Source: Tubulanus polymorphus (Eukaryota > Animalia > Nemertea). From it: DNA of 64,000 bases. Shown one piece after another: positions 10,693-22,619 of the stretch (position 1 is the stretch's first letter; each line of letters starts with the position of its first letter). The stretch is from assembly GCF_964204645.1 (NCBI RefSeq), contig NC_134032.1, positions 5,046,175 to 5,110,174 of the forward strand, in the 5' to 3' direction. The notes beneath the pieces are model-generated. The model had not been told where the DNA came from. It saw nothing but the letters and a program-made list of their open reading frames with translations, and ran no database searches. Made by a program: the position numbers and the translations under genes.

Positions 10693-12116
10693 TTATTTAT
10701 TTTTTATCATGTTTACTAGCCCAAAAATAATAGCACTTACAACTGTAGTTAAAAATAAAATAATATGTTCAGCAGCAAAGTTAAAAATGTTTCCTGCAGA
10801 TTTCAATATAAAACCAACAATTGATGCAATAATTCCTGGTAATGCTGCAGCAGATTTTTTAGATAGTTCCCATAAATATTTTGCTAATTTCTTTAAACCA
10901 TCTTTAACTTTATCTTGTATAGAATTATTATCTGGGGGTTTATCCGGTTTATTGGGAGTAGGAGTAGATTTCAAAGCATTTGATATTGCTAAAACTATTG
11001 TTGTGAATACCATAGTTACAGATGTTAGAATTGAAAGAATTGTTATTCCTTCTAATTTAGATAATAGTCTTATTCTATCTATCAATGATATTTCAGAATT
11101 TGGTTTTATCAACAAATCTTTAAAAACATGTTTTAATCGTTTAAAATTATTACCATATTCTTTTAATAATATATCTCTTTCACCTTTCAGTACTTCTAAA
11201 TTATCTTTTAAATTATCAATTTCTTTTTCTCAACGTAATTCTTTTTGCCTATATTCCATTTCACCAATTAATTGATGGTCTAAATCATACTTTAATTGTT
11301 CTATCTCTTTATTTTTATCAGTTAATTCTTTTTCTAAAGTACTAATTTTAATATCTCTTTTACTTTTATTATGTGCAATTTTATCAGCTTCATTTCTTAT
11401 ACTAATAATTTCTCTAATTGCTTCATCAGAAAATATATTTAAATCTTCTAATTCTTGATCTGTTGCATCAAGTAATCCATTTGGTAAAAGTTTTTCAGTT
11501 TGAACTCTTTTTGATTTAATTTTACTAGTTTTGGAATTATCAGCTTCTTTAGGAATTTTTTTTTGGTATTAAATTTTCATTAATTATCTTAAAAACTTTA
11601 GCATTTCTTTGTTTAAATTCTCTTCTATTATCAATTATCTCTTTTTCTGTAACATAAGTTATAACATCATTAATGATTTTATTAATGATTCTATCTGGTT
11701 TTAATAAAATAAAAGTTGATTGTGTTATTATTTTATCGTTACTTTTAAGATTTGAAATCTTAAAATAATAGTTGCCTTTCAATTTCCAATAATAATCGCC
11801 ATTTAAATATTTCAAATCTTCTACTAAATAATCCATACCTTTATTTGTTATATTGAAACCAGATCTTTTTAACATTGATTTAAAATCACTAGTAATTTCA
11901 TTATATTTAAATTTTTTTCTGTTTATTCTGGTACTTCATTTTCAATACTTATCTTTGAACGTGTTTTATCAATAAATTCAGGTGTAGTTAAATTAGAATT
12001 ACGTCCTGGCTCATTACCGCCATTAAGACTTATTTCACTAAAATCAGGTGGTGGTTCATCACTTATACCAGGTTCACCTAAGGACCCAATGGAAAATCTT
12101 CTACACTTTCTTCCAT
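10693..12116 (-). pseudogene. Coiled-coil protein with C-terminal hydrophobic/amphipathic helices (putative virion membrane protein)
   Basis: ATG at 12116; fragments 11549..11875 and 10693..11115; GITILSILTSVTMVFTTIVLAI and AAALPGIIASIVGFIL segments. Confidence 0.65.
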
Positions 12117-12131
12117 TTACGTAATAAAAAA

Positions 12132-13433
12132 TTAAAATTTAAAATATAATATTCCTCCTATAACAATTCCTATACAGGTTAAAGCTAATTTAGTATTTTC
12201 ATGGGATTTATTATCATCATTTAGTTTAATTATATCATGTTGAATAATATCAGTTTTTATATCTTCTGATGTATTGTAATCTTTTATTTGAGAATCATTA
12301 TTTAATTTAATATTATTAGTTTTAGTTTCTGTTGATTGAATGTGTTTTTTATTTTTTTCACCTTCCATTAATTTTGGAGCAGTAATAATCTTTTTATTTA
12401 TATCATTCAATCCAAATGAATTATTTATTGTTGCAGTTTTAATTAGATTATTATAACCAATTATATTTCCCATCTTTAATACTAAATCATTAGAAATAAT
12501 GAATAGATTAGGGCCTATACAATAATTTAATCTAATATGTGATTTATCTAAATAATTTTGATATCTTACAATGTTTTCTGGAATAGATCTATTTTTATCA
12601 TTATGAATGGAATCTTCAAATAATACTTTAAATTGTTTCTGCGCATCGAATGAAGTGTTATCATTTCCAATTATTGGGGATCTTGTTTCAACTTGCGCAC
12701 CTAAAATACATATCAAATAAGTTCTAATAGATTGATTTATTCTTTGTATTCCGGCTTTAGTAAAACCTTCACTATTTTCTAAAATTAAATTAACCCAACC
12801 ATTATTGTTTTGTTGTTGTATATTATTATAATATTTTGGTAATTCATTCCAATTTAGTGTTCTTATATCTGAATTTGTCATTATTTTTCCAAATTCTGTA
12901 GTATACAATATTCCTAATCCACCCATTGTTCCAATTTTTGCTCTAAAATCTTTATTTGAATTAATATTAAATTCATTACATATTTTATAAAACTTAGAAA
13001 ATTAATATTATTATTCAATTCTTTAAAATATTTTAAACCTGGTAAAGGACATTCTAATTCATCAAGTATGAAATCTAAAAAGTGATAACATCAATGGTAA
13101 ACTTGGTTTGTTTAAATGATCATTCCAACTAATTCCACATCCTGTTGTTGCGCAATAAACAGCAAAATTCAATTGGTTCTGTCAATACTTCATTTTAGAT
13201 CTTAATAACCATTGTTTTGCCTCATTTAAATTTTTAAAATTAATTTCATAAACATTGAATATATTTTCCATCTTTACATGAAAATTATTACTTTCAGTAA
13301 CATAAATATATAAATCAAATAATGAATTTAAAACTTCATTTCTATATGTAATATCTTTATTAAAATCTATTGCTGGAATATTATATTTAATTGATTTATT
13401 ATATTGGAAAGCTTTTGGAAAACTATCTGCCAT
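12132..13433 (-). pseudogene. Polinton protein with C-terminal membrane anchor, frameshifted
   Basis: ORFs 13182..13433 and 12132..12926 linked by NQLNFAVYCATTGCGIS; ends LALTCIGIVIGGILYFKF. Confidence 0.65.
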
Positions 13434-13449
13434 TTATATAACTAAAAAA

Positions 13450-13884
13450 TTAATAATTTATTAATTCTTTTAATAATTTATCTTGTTCTTCAACTGTTAT
13501 ATGGCCATTTAAACTTATTATATATTCTAGTGTATTCTTAAATTTATTAATTTCTTTCATATTAGTTTTAATTTTTTCTTTATTACTTTTTATATTAAAT
13601 TTTGAACTGATACCAGTTAAAACACTTGAACTTAATCCTAATACACCAATTGATATAGCTAAAGGTGTTAATGGACTGAATATTGCTAAAAATGTTATTA
13701 CAGAACTTATTGTAACCGAACAACTAATAATAAGATATTATATAATTTTAGATTTTGAATATTTTTTCTTTTTTATCTTTAAGTCACTTTCAAATTCTAA
13801 TATTTGTTTTTCTAAATATGTTTTTAATTTAGTTTTATTTATATCATGAGGAATAATGTCAATATTATCAACTTTATCTTCCAT
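13450..13884 (-). pseudogene. Two-TM membrane protein with flanking coiled coils (not in the ORF track; disrupted)
   Basis: MEDKVDNIDIIPHD...SVTISSVITFLAIFSPLTPLAISIGVLGLSSSVLTGIS...HITVEEQDKIIKELINY read by hand. Confidence 0.6.
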
Positions 13885-13903
13885 TTATTTAGCAAAAAAA
13901 TTA

Positions 13904-14326
13904 CTAATTAGTAAACTTATAAGCAACAAATATAACAATAACAGTTCCACCTAAAATCCAAATTATTTCATATTTCTTCTGTTCATTACTTGGGGTATAA
14001 TAATCTGATATTGTAGGTTTATGTAGATGTAATTTTTCTTTATTGGTTACCGCGTTATAGAAACTCATTGCATCATCGACTGATTGAAAATCTCTATGTG
14101 AAATCTTCTGATCATATAATTCCTTGTTAATATAATCCATATAGTTTTGTCGTTTTTCTCTATATTCTTCTGCTGCTTTATTGTATTTCTCTAATGCTAA
14201 GTTATGTCTTTTTTGTTCTGTTAATGATCCATTTTTATCAATATGTTTAAATAAATAACCGCCACCAGTAAATGCTAAAGCGTTAACAATTGCCGATTCT
14301 ATAACAGTTATAACTGCAGAAGCCAT
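13904..14326 (-). CDS. Polinton protein with hydrophobic N- and C-termini
   Basis: Intact 140 aa; AIVNALAFTGGGYLF, EQKRHNLALEK, C-terminal TM. Confidence 0.75.
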   Translation of the reverse strand: MASAVITVIESAIVNALAFTGGGYLFKHIDKNGSLTEQKRHNLALEKYNKAAEEYREKRQNYMDYINKELYDQKISHRDFQSVDDAMSFYNAVTNKEKLHLHKPTISDYYTPSNEQKKYEIIWILGGTVIVIFVAYKFTN

Positions 14327-14350
14327 TTATTTAGTAAAATAATTACGCAT

Positions 14351-14572
14351 TTATATAGGAGGAATATATTTTTGTTTTTCCAAATAATCAATAGTTAAAT
14401 TAGATAAAGTAACTGCTAATGTTAATTTTAAAATATCATTTATATCAAATCTATCAACATTAACACTTCCCATTTTGAATACTTTTTTTAATACCATTGA
14501 ATAACCAACAGTTCCAACTGATAGTAATGCGCCATTATATAATCCAGTTATTATCCACTTATTATCACTCAT
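14351..14572 (-). CDS. Small hydrophobic Polinton protein
   Basis: Intact 73 aa, two hydrophobic helices, TAAATG start. Confidence 0.7.
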   Translation of the reverse strand: MSDNKWIITGLYNGALLSVGTVGYSMVLKKVFKMGSVNVDRFDINDILKLTLAVTLSNLTIDYLEKQKYIPPI

Positions 14573-14913
14573 TTATTTATCAAAAAATTACTATCTTCAT
14601 AATATTTAGTTATCTTATTTATGATTAATTCAACATTTATTTCATTACCACTTTTATGATTATCATATATTTTGGTTAATATGTTTTTAATATTATCAAT
14701 AATTCCATCTTCATTTAATTCATAATATTCTAAAGGTGTTTTAATTAAATCAATTACTTTTTCTATACTATAACTTTCTTTATTAATCATTGATGCATTG
14801 TTAAATAATTTACTTTTTATATCAGTAATTACATCATTTAGTTTAATTCTCATTTCTTTACCATGTTTAAAATCAAACCCAAAACATATACTCGGTCCAA
14901 CAGTTATATTCAT
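14569..14913 (-). CDS. Hypothetical Polinton protein
   Basis: Intact 114 aa, TAAATG start, overlaps the next gene. Confidence 0.65.
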   Translation of the reverse strand: MNITVGPSICFGFDFKHGKEMRIKLNDVITDIKSKLFNNASMINKESYSIEKVIDLIKTPLEYYELNEDGIIDNIKNILTKIYDNHKSGNEINVELIINKITKYYEDSNFLINK

Positions 14914-14929
14914 TTATATAGTAAAAAAA

Positions 14930-15691
14930 TTACTCTCTACATCTTATAACTAATTCATAAATTACAGGGAAATTATTTAAATCAATTAAGTGCCCATTAT
15001 GATTTCTAATTTCTAATCTAATATTATTAAAACGAGGAATGCATGGTTTGAAATCACATTCTGTTAAATTAAAATTTATTTGCGTTCCAAATTCTTTAAC
15101 ATTCTTCAATGGTAAAATGTTTAATAAATCAGAATTACAAGTTATATCTTTAGTTGCTTCGAATGTTTTTGTAGGATCGATTAAATTGCAATAAATATAA
15201 AAATGTGTGTAAGGTATTAAGTTTGGTGTAACATCATCAATATTTTTAAAAGATCTATCTGGAAGAATTCCTAATAGTTTAGCTATATGTTTTTTTACCA
15301 TAAATTTATGTTTTTCACTATTAGACAACCTTATCTTTATTCTATCAGAACTATCACTTTTTAAAAATCTAATAATAAACCCAGAACTACTACCTAATTT
15401 GTGCCAGGCTTTTCTATTAATTTCTTGTGCTAATGTATCTAACTTATATAACCCCGGTTTTAAATATATATAGGACCATTCATTTTTACCTTAATCAAAA
15501 ATTAAAAAGGCTCTATGTTCAATAGTTTTATTCGTTATATTATAAAAAGAATTACATAAAGTTATATTTACTAATTTTAAATCAACACAATTCTTAAATT
15601 CTCTATCTAATTGAACTAATAAATTATGTGATTTATAATTTGTAAGCCTTCTAGAATCAACAAATATTCTGTATTCTTTTAATTCTACCAT
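14930..15691 (-). pseudogene. Minor capsid protein (penton, single jelly-roll), disrupted
   Basis: N-terminal IFVDS...NSFYNI, PG-Y motif, FYIYCNLI, DLLNILP, C-terminal IRLEIRNHNGHLIDLN typical of Polinton/PLV pentons. Confidence 0.8.
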
Positions 15692-15699
15692 TTATTTTA

Positions 15700-16053
15700 C
15701 ATATTTTCTTATTCGAAATCTATTTCATGGTGCCCTTTTCATTCTTACCTTTGTATACGAAATAGAAATCACCAGAACATAATTCTTCAAGATCTTCACT
15801 TGATAATCTATGAAATCTATCCGGTAAATATGTTCTGAATTTATATGTATTTCCTTTTAATCCTTCATATTCTAAGTGTATAACTAATTTATCTCCATAT
15901 TACTGTATCAATATTTGTAATTAGATATTTCTTATGGATTATTAATTCTTTTAACTTCTTAAATTTATAATCTACTGATTTGACATTTGAAGTATCTTTT
16001 ATTCTATCTAGAAATAATTTGTTGTTTTTACTGTGCGCTTGTTTACTCTCCAT
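15700..16053 (-). pseudogene. Small beta-rich protein, possible OB-fold ssDNA-binding protein
   Basis: MESKQAHSK...FKKLKEL...KYLITNI...YGDKLVIHL...RTYLPDRF read by hand; one frameshift; fold is inferred. Confidence 0.45.
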
Positions 16054-16082
16054 TTATAATACATATTTTTATTAAAATTTGA

Positions 16083-19000
16083 TTAACACGTTAGAATTCT
16101 TTTCATTATCTCGTTCTCTTTTGTTTCTTCTCTTTTAAATTTTAAGTATTCATCTAAATTACAACCATAAGCAACTGTATGAATTCCATCATCTAAAATA
16201 TATCTTTTATCATCAAATGGGTTTAGACTTATCTTCTCAATTTCTTCAATAAACATTTCATGATCTTCAGATCTTCATGAATTGTTTAGCAATGATAATA
16301 ACAAAGTTCCAGGGAAATTTAAGGATGAATTAGGTGGTGGAGAAATGATAGAGTTCATAGGTATTAGATCTTTCATGTTTTATATGAATACATTTTAGAT
16401 CTAATACCTATGAACTCTATCATTTCTCCCCCACCTAATTCATCCTTAAACTTCCCTGGAACTTTGTTATTATCATTGCTAAACAATTCATGATCTTTAG
16501 GATAATTACTAAAATCAAAATGATGTTTTAATGTTTTTAAATCATCAGTTATGTTATCAGTTTTTATCTTTAATATGTAACTGTCGGTATCAAAATATAA
16601 TATTTCTATATGTTTTTCTCCAAAAAGTGGTTGTAATACATTATAATAGAATTCATACATTAGTAATTTTGATAATTCTAAAACTGAAGCGCCAACATAG
16701 ATTGGTTTATTAAATTTCATTGATGTTCTTCTCATCTTAACTGCAGCTAAATTTTCATCAAATATTCTGTTACCAATGAACTTAGGATATGATTGTAAAT
16801 GTCTAATTCTTTTACCATTACTAACTAACTCAATATCATTTCTATTTCTAATATTTTCACAAGTCTTACCATAGAATGCATTATTCATTAACTTGAAGAA
16901 ATCTTTCTCGAAATCAGTTTTAGCTTCAGTTCTCTGTTTGGTGTTAAAATCTATATATTTTTCTAACCACTTAGATTGACTAAATGAAATATATCTATGT
17001 ACTTTTTTTAGAACCATTCCTTGTTTTAGATAAAACTTTAACATTCTATAATGTACTACATAATTATATTTATCTTCTTGAGTTACCATTAACTTTTCTG
17101 TATGAATATGATTTTCGGGTTTAATTCTTTTTTGATAATTTGATAATTCATCATGAGTTACAGTTTTATGTTCGGGACAGTAAGCTAGATTTCTAGATTT
17201 AAATTTTTTATCTTCAGGATATTCCAAGTCTACAACAAAGAAGTAACCAGTATCTGAATCATCTGCAATATCTAGAATTCTTTTCTTCCAATCAAATTTA
17301 TCATTATTTTCATTCTGTAAAACTTCAGTTAATTCAAATACTCCATAAGGTTGTGGTTCCATCATTGCCCAACCATACAAATTATTTGCATCTATATATA
17401 ATAACTTATATCCAGGGTTATATTTACATTTACATTGAAATATCTATCACCTAATACACCTGAAACTCCTCCTCTTATAGAATTTTCAAATAATAATAAT
17501 TGATCTATATTTGTTAACAAATCCATTTTTATATCTGTAAATTTTAATCCACAATCCCATGTTAAACCTGGGCTAGAATAACAATGACAAGGATCAATAT
17601 TAAAATATTTTAGGTTTACATCTCTAAACCTTTCAAATATATCGGTTAATAATAATACATCTGATTTTAGATATAAATCTACTAATTGCCCATGATTTTC
17701 TATTTTCTATGTTAAAATCATTATGTGATTTATAGAAAGAATATGGAATTGCTCCTTTATATCTCATTAATTGAAAATCATCATTATTTGGATAGTGTTG
17801 TTTTAATATTTTTAATTCATCATCAACTAATGATTTTGATAAGTTATCTAATGAACTATTTAAAAACCTATATGAATCTATAATCTTAGGCAACCAAATT
17901 GGAATGATATATAATTCTCAGATGTTTTAGCTAACATTCTAAATTTATAAGTTGGTATTCTATCTTTTGATCTATTTGAATTTAATCTTTCTATTTCGTT
18001 ATTAATTTCTTCTATTTTATGGCATAACTGTTTGATGAATAAATGTGCATCATATCCTGATAGATTATGAAATATAACTGGTACAAAGTTAATTTTCTTA
18101 GCTTGTAAGTTACAATTCTCATGTGCGGCGCCTCTAAACTTTCCATTCAAATGATCATGGTCTCTTACTTTTTTATCTTTATAATTAAATATCTTTGCAC
18201 AATAATAACATTTATCTGCAAACTCAAATGCTTCTTTATCTTCTTCTGTCATTATAATTTCTATATTTGTATTCAATAATTTACTAAATCTTATTTCATA
18301 TTCAATTAATAAGTCACAAAAATGATTGATAACAATTTCATTTCTATAATGATAATATTCACTTTCAATTAGTTCTGGATAATCAGATTTAATATATAAC
18401 CCGAAAGCAGCAGCTGATTGATGAATCTTTTTGATAGTATTTGTTTTTGGTGGTTCATCTGAAAAATCATTTTCATTAGAATTTAATTTCTTTCTTTTAT
18501 AATATATTTCTTTTCTATCTCGATCAGTTAATTCTTTATTTAGTGATTCAAAATCTCCATATATTACAAATGGTACTTTGTTTTTGTAATCATATTTTTT
18601 GAATTCTAATATTTTATCTTTTTCATTTGGTAAAACTAATTTTCAATAATCATGATTTTCACATAATTGTTTATGATTTAATAATGTACTTTCATTACTG
18701 AATCTATGTAAACATTTTCTACAAAGATATATTTTATGGTGATCATTTTCTGATTTAAAAAATAAATCGATTTGTTTAATCCACATATAATGATTCTCAT
18801 AATATAGTATATCTATAACATCATTTGAATCATAATCTTTTGATAGATATAAAGGTTCTAATGTATAATGTTTTATGTTGTTACCTTTTGTATTTGGTAA
18901 TTTGATTAAATCAAATACATTTATTCTTAAATTATTATCTCTTTCTATTTTTGGGATGTTTTTAATTATAACAGGATACTTATCTATCTTATAGTTATTT

Positions 19001-20007
19001 TCAAATTGTTTATAATTTGTTAATCTATAAGTATGTTTATTATAATCTTCAACTGGATGTAAACAACTTATTATAGCCCATAGAAAACATTTATCATCTT
19101 CATTTTGTACATTTATTACAGCATTAGTTTTAAATGGCAGTTTAATATAACTTGAGGCTTCAATATCTGGTTTTTTATAATATGATACATTATTTTCATC
19201 AATTGGTTTTGATTTAGTTAACTTGTTATATTTTGTGTTATAAACATGTAAAGTCATAAATATTGTTTCATCAAATATTAAACCAGATCCTTCAAAATAT
19301 TTCTCTTCTATTTTAGTTTTCACTTCATTATAACATTTATCTAATTTATCATCTACATGTTGTTTAGATATAATATGTTGTGAATGAGAATTAATATTAT
19401 ATATTGGTTTATCTTCAGATTTTATAAACTTTACTTTAACTGATATACTAATTTTAGGGTATTCAACATCTGTAATTATTTTTATAATATTTTTCATATT
19501 TTCTAAATGTTTTTTATTTTCTTCTAATGTTTTTCCTTTATGAAATTTAAACTCAATAGCTGCTGGGCCAATATCACTTTTAAATGCTTCGGTTATCTCT
19601 ATATCTTTTTTATTATCCAATGAATTAATATAATTTCTTACATCTTCCATGTATGGTCTTTTATTGTTTAATTTATTTTTTATGCTTTTAATTGTCTTCT
19701 GTTTCTTATCATTATCTTTATCAAAATAATCTTCACCTAAAATATCATTATTCTTATTTCTAATATGACTTTTAGATTTTAAATGTTCATTATAATATCT
19801 TTTATCACTGAATGATTGATTACATGTATCACATTTGTATGTTTCTTTTTCATTCTTTAATTCATCTAATTTAGTTTCTAATATATCATCTTTATATTCT
19901 AGTTTCAATTTTTTCTCTAAATGTGTTTTAGTTTTATTGTGTCTTGATTTTTGGGATTTATCTATATTGATATTACATGTTGGGCAGTAGTACTTATTTG
20001 CTTCCAT
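16083..20007 (-). pseudogene. polB: Protein-primed family B DNA polymerase with N-terminal Zn fingers, OTU-like Cys/His region and endonuclease VII-like insert
   Basis: DANNLYGWAM, KLMNNAFYGK, YFDTDS, GKFKDE, DDKRY; exonuclease HNLSGYDAH; RDHDHLNGKFRGAAHENCN; several frameshifts and a deletion near 17705. Confidence 0.96.
16275..16493. repeat. 97-bp inverted duplication inside polB
   Basis: 16275-16371 is the reverse complement of 16397-16493 (2 mismatches seen), 25-nt spacer. Confidence 0.92.
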
Positions 20008-20285
20008 TTTAATACTAAATTTTTTATTAAAATTGATTTTAGAAGTTCAATGATTTATATCATGTATTATTTCAATCACACTTTACTAACACTTTTAATG
20101 TTTAAACATCTAACTCATACAAATATGAATATTGAAATAATGTTGTAAATATATACTTTTATATTGAATAATCTGTCAATTTAAATGTTTAAAACTATAA
20201 TATATTTTCATAACCGTGTGTATTTCAGTTGAATAATAGAATAATAATTATTATTAAAATATATTTGATTATATGAATTTGTGTA

Positions 20286-20522
20286 TTGTAAATAAATCAA
20301 TTGGTCGCGGAGCGGAGCGGTAGCGAAGTGGAGCGACCAATTGATTTAATACAATATGCTTTTAAAATTTAAATTATTAATATCTTAGAATAAATATTTA
20401 GTTATAATATAAAATGCACACGGTTATGAAAATATATTATAGTTTTAAATTACTTTTAATATTTGTTTTTAATGAGCTCGACCGTTCGACCTTTGGCCTG
20501 AAAGCCCATTACCCCTATTACT
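20286..20522 (-). repeat. Right TIR
   Basis: Reverse complement of 6122-6355; followed by TSD CACATT. Confidence 0.95.
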
Positions 20523-20717
20523 CACATTAAATTGGTAACGAGGCATATTTTGTTATCACAATCAATTACAAAATCGTAGCATATGACATGTTCTATGATT
20601 GTGGTAAGTTTCAAGGTCTTTGGTTTTTGTATATGGTCACCAGGGGCGTTGAATATTGAAATTGTTAGATTGTTGAGCATTTGAAACCACTTCCCAAGTG
20701 GGCATGGTGACCCTGGA

Positions 20718-21499
20718 CGGTACTCGAAAAACGCCTAATGAAATACACCGAATCGGAAAACGCATAACGCCTAATTCCTAGAAAATGACCTAATTTCGTA
20801 ATTGCAAAATCTACTGAGACTCACAATCCAACTCATCAACGGAACAGTTTGAAAATACATGTGTTTTACGCTTCACGAAACGAGACTACTACTCTTATAA
20901 ACTTCATTATAGGATGATGATAGAATTTCCGCAGTGCAAGCAATTAATTAAATAACGCCATAGAAGTGTAAACTGAAACAGTTTACACTTCTATGATAAC
21001 GCGAAAACAAACGCCGCGGTTATAAACCGGCTTTCTTGAATTTTGAAACCGGAATGCATAAATATGGTACAACCTACGCTCGTAGGTACAACGCACACAA
21101 AGATTGATAAAATAGCCTTTCTCAAAATTATCCTCCAAAACTGTTCACAACCACGCTAATGTGAACCTACCGAACCAATGAGAGACTAAATAATGTCCAG
21201 CCCCTGAACTTCCTTGAACAAAAAATTATAAACTATATGTTCGATATTAAAAATATCATGTCTTTTATTATCATAATACTCCGTCTTGATATGAAATAAT
21301 AACACAGATAAGCCTGTGTAACCAAATACAGTAGAAACGAAGATGGAACAGGCGGCGCTCCACGCACTCCGACGTGAACTATGTAGCGTTGCGTACATAG
21401 TTCACGTAGGGATTTAGGTAAATTTCTTGGATGTTACTTGAATTAGGCGTTATGCGTTTTCCGATTCGGTGTTTTTCATTAGGCGTTTTACGAATACCG
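20718..21499. mobile_element. Non-autonomous DNA transposon, ~60-bp TIRs, 9-bp TSD (MULE- or Merlin-like)
   Basis: CGGTACTCGAAAAACGCCTAATGAAATACACCGAATCGGAAAACGCATAACGCCTAATT and its inverse; flanks GACCCTGGA / GTCCCTGGA. Confidence 0.85.
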
Positions 21500-22619
21500 G
21501 TCCCTGGACCCCTAGTTAAGCATGGTGATAATACAGTATCATAAATAAATTCTTATTTGTTGATTGTATGTCCGCGTATGTTCGGTTTCAAAGCTGAATC
21601 ATATTTGACGTTTACACAGTGGTTGCATATTAGGTTCGAATCTGTCAATGGATTTTATTCTATGTATCGGTATTATTTCAATTTACTACAATTCCAATCA
21701 TTCTGAATGGCTTTGCAGAAAACCCGTCATCACTGCTTAGCAGCTATATTTATATTTTGTATTGCACACATGTAACGTCATAAATATTATTCAAATATTA
21801 AACCAGATCCTATACCAGGGCATATAGTCATACAGATCATTCATTAAAGCATTATCCATTCTCCAAACTCAACGTAGCTGAATTTTGAAAGAGGGCCTCT
21901 TTAAAATTTATATGAGCTCTTTCGCGAATATCTGATCGCAAAAATATTGGTTTTGAAACGCCAATCAGAAAGCACAGACTCCTCTATGATTGGCTTAGCC
22001 GCAGAAATCAGCAGGTGTTCACGTGGACCCGCGGTATCGTCTACCGTTTTACTCCCGGGTTTTATTTTAAGATCTAAAATTGTATTTCAAGATCGATTTC
22101 TGTGAAAGCTTTTAGTTGATTTGGTTTTTGGGAGGAATATTTTTATTAGCGCTTCAGAAAATATCATTGAACATCGTTGAAAGCCTGGGAAAAATTGCTT
22201 TTTCTCAAATCGGATAGATGACCTTGATATGCTAATAAGCCATGTGCTCAAACTACAAATTCAATCAAATTTATTCTGCAAAAAAAAATATCAAATCCAA
22301 TTCAATTTTACTTTATTGAACAAATGAAAACATCAAATCCAATTCAATTTTGTTTTAATGAGAAAATTTCAGAAAATTCAATTCTATTCCGCATTAAAAT
22401 CAATAAGACCAAGGGAAAAGATTTATCTGAGGTATTTGTTCTTGCCCGATCCAGTCGCTGTCTGTGCTACTTTTGTATTATACGATTGTATTGTGTAAGT
22501 TATTAGATATTGACTCTGAGCTGGGAGTGCATTTTGACAAATTTAACCCATAGAATGCATCACCATTTGCCATTTGATGAAAAGCTGACAGGCTGGCCAT
22601 AGTGCACCTTGGGCTCTTG

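Larger units (their letters stand above)
6122..20522. mobile_element. Polinton/Maverick-like endogenous virus (adintovirus/PLV-like), 14,401 bp, internally deleted and degraded (copy B)
   Basis: ~235-bp TIRs starting AGTAATAGGGG; exact 6-bp TSD CACATT (6116-6121, 20523-20528); encodes pPolB, rve integrase, packaging ATPase, capsid proteins. Confidence 0.97.

Noticed and set aside
10637-11275. 212-aa plus-strand ORF
   Set aside because: Antisense shadow of the minus-strand membrane-protein gene.
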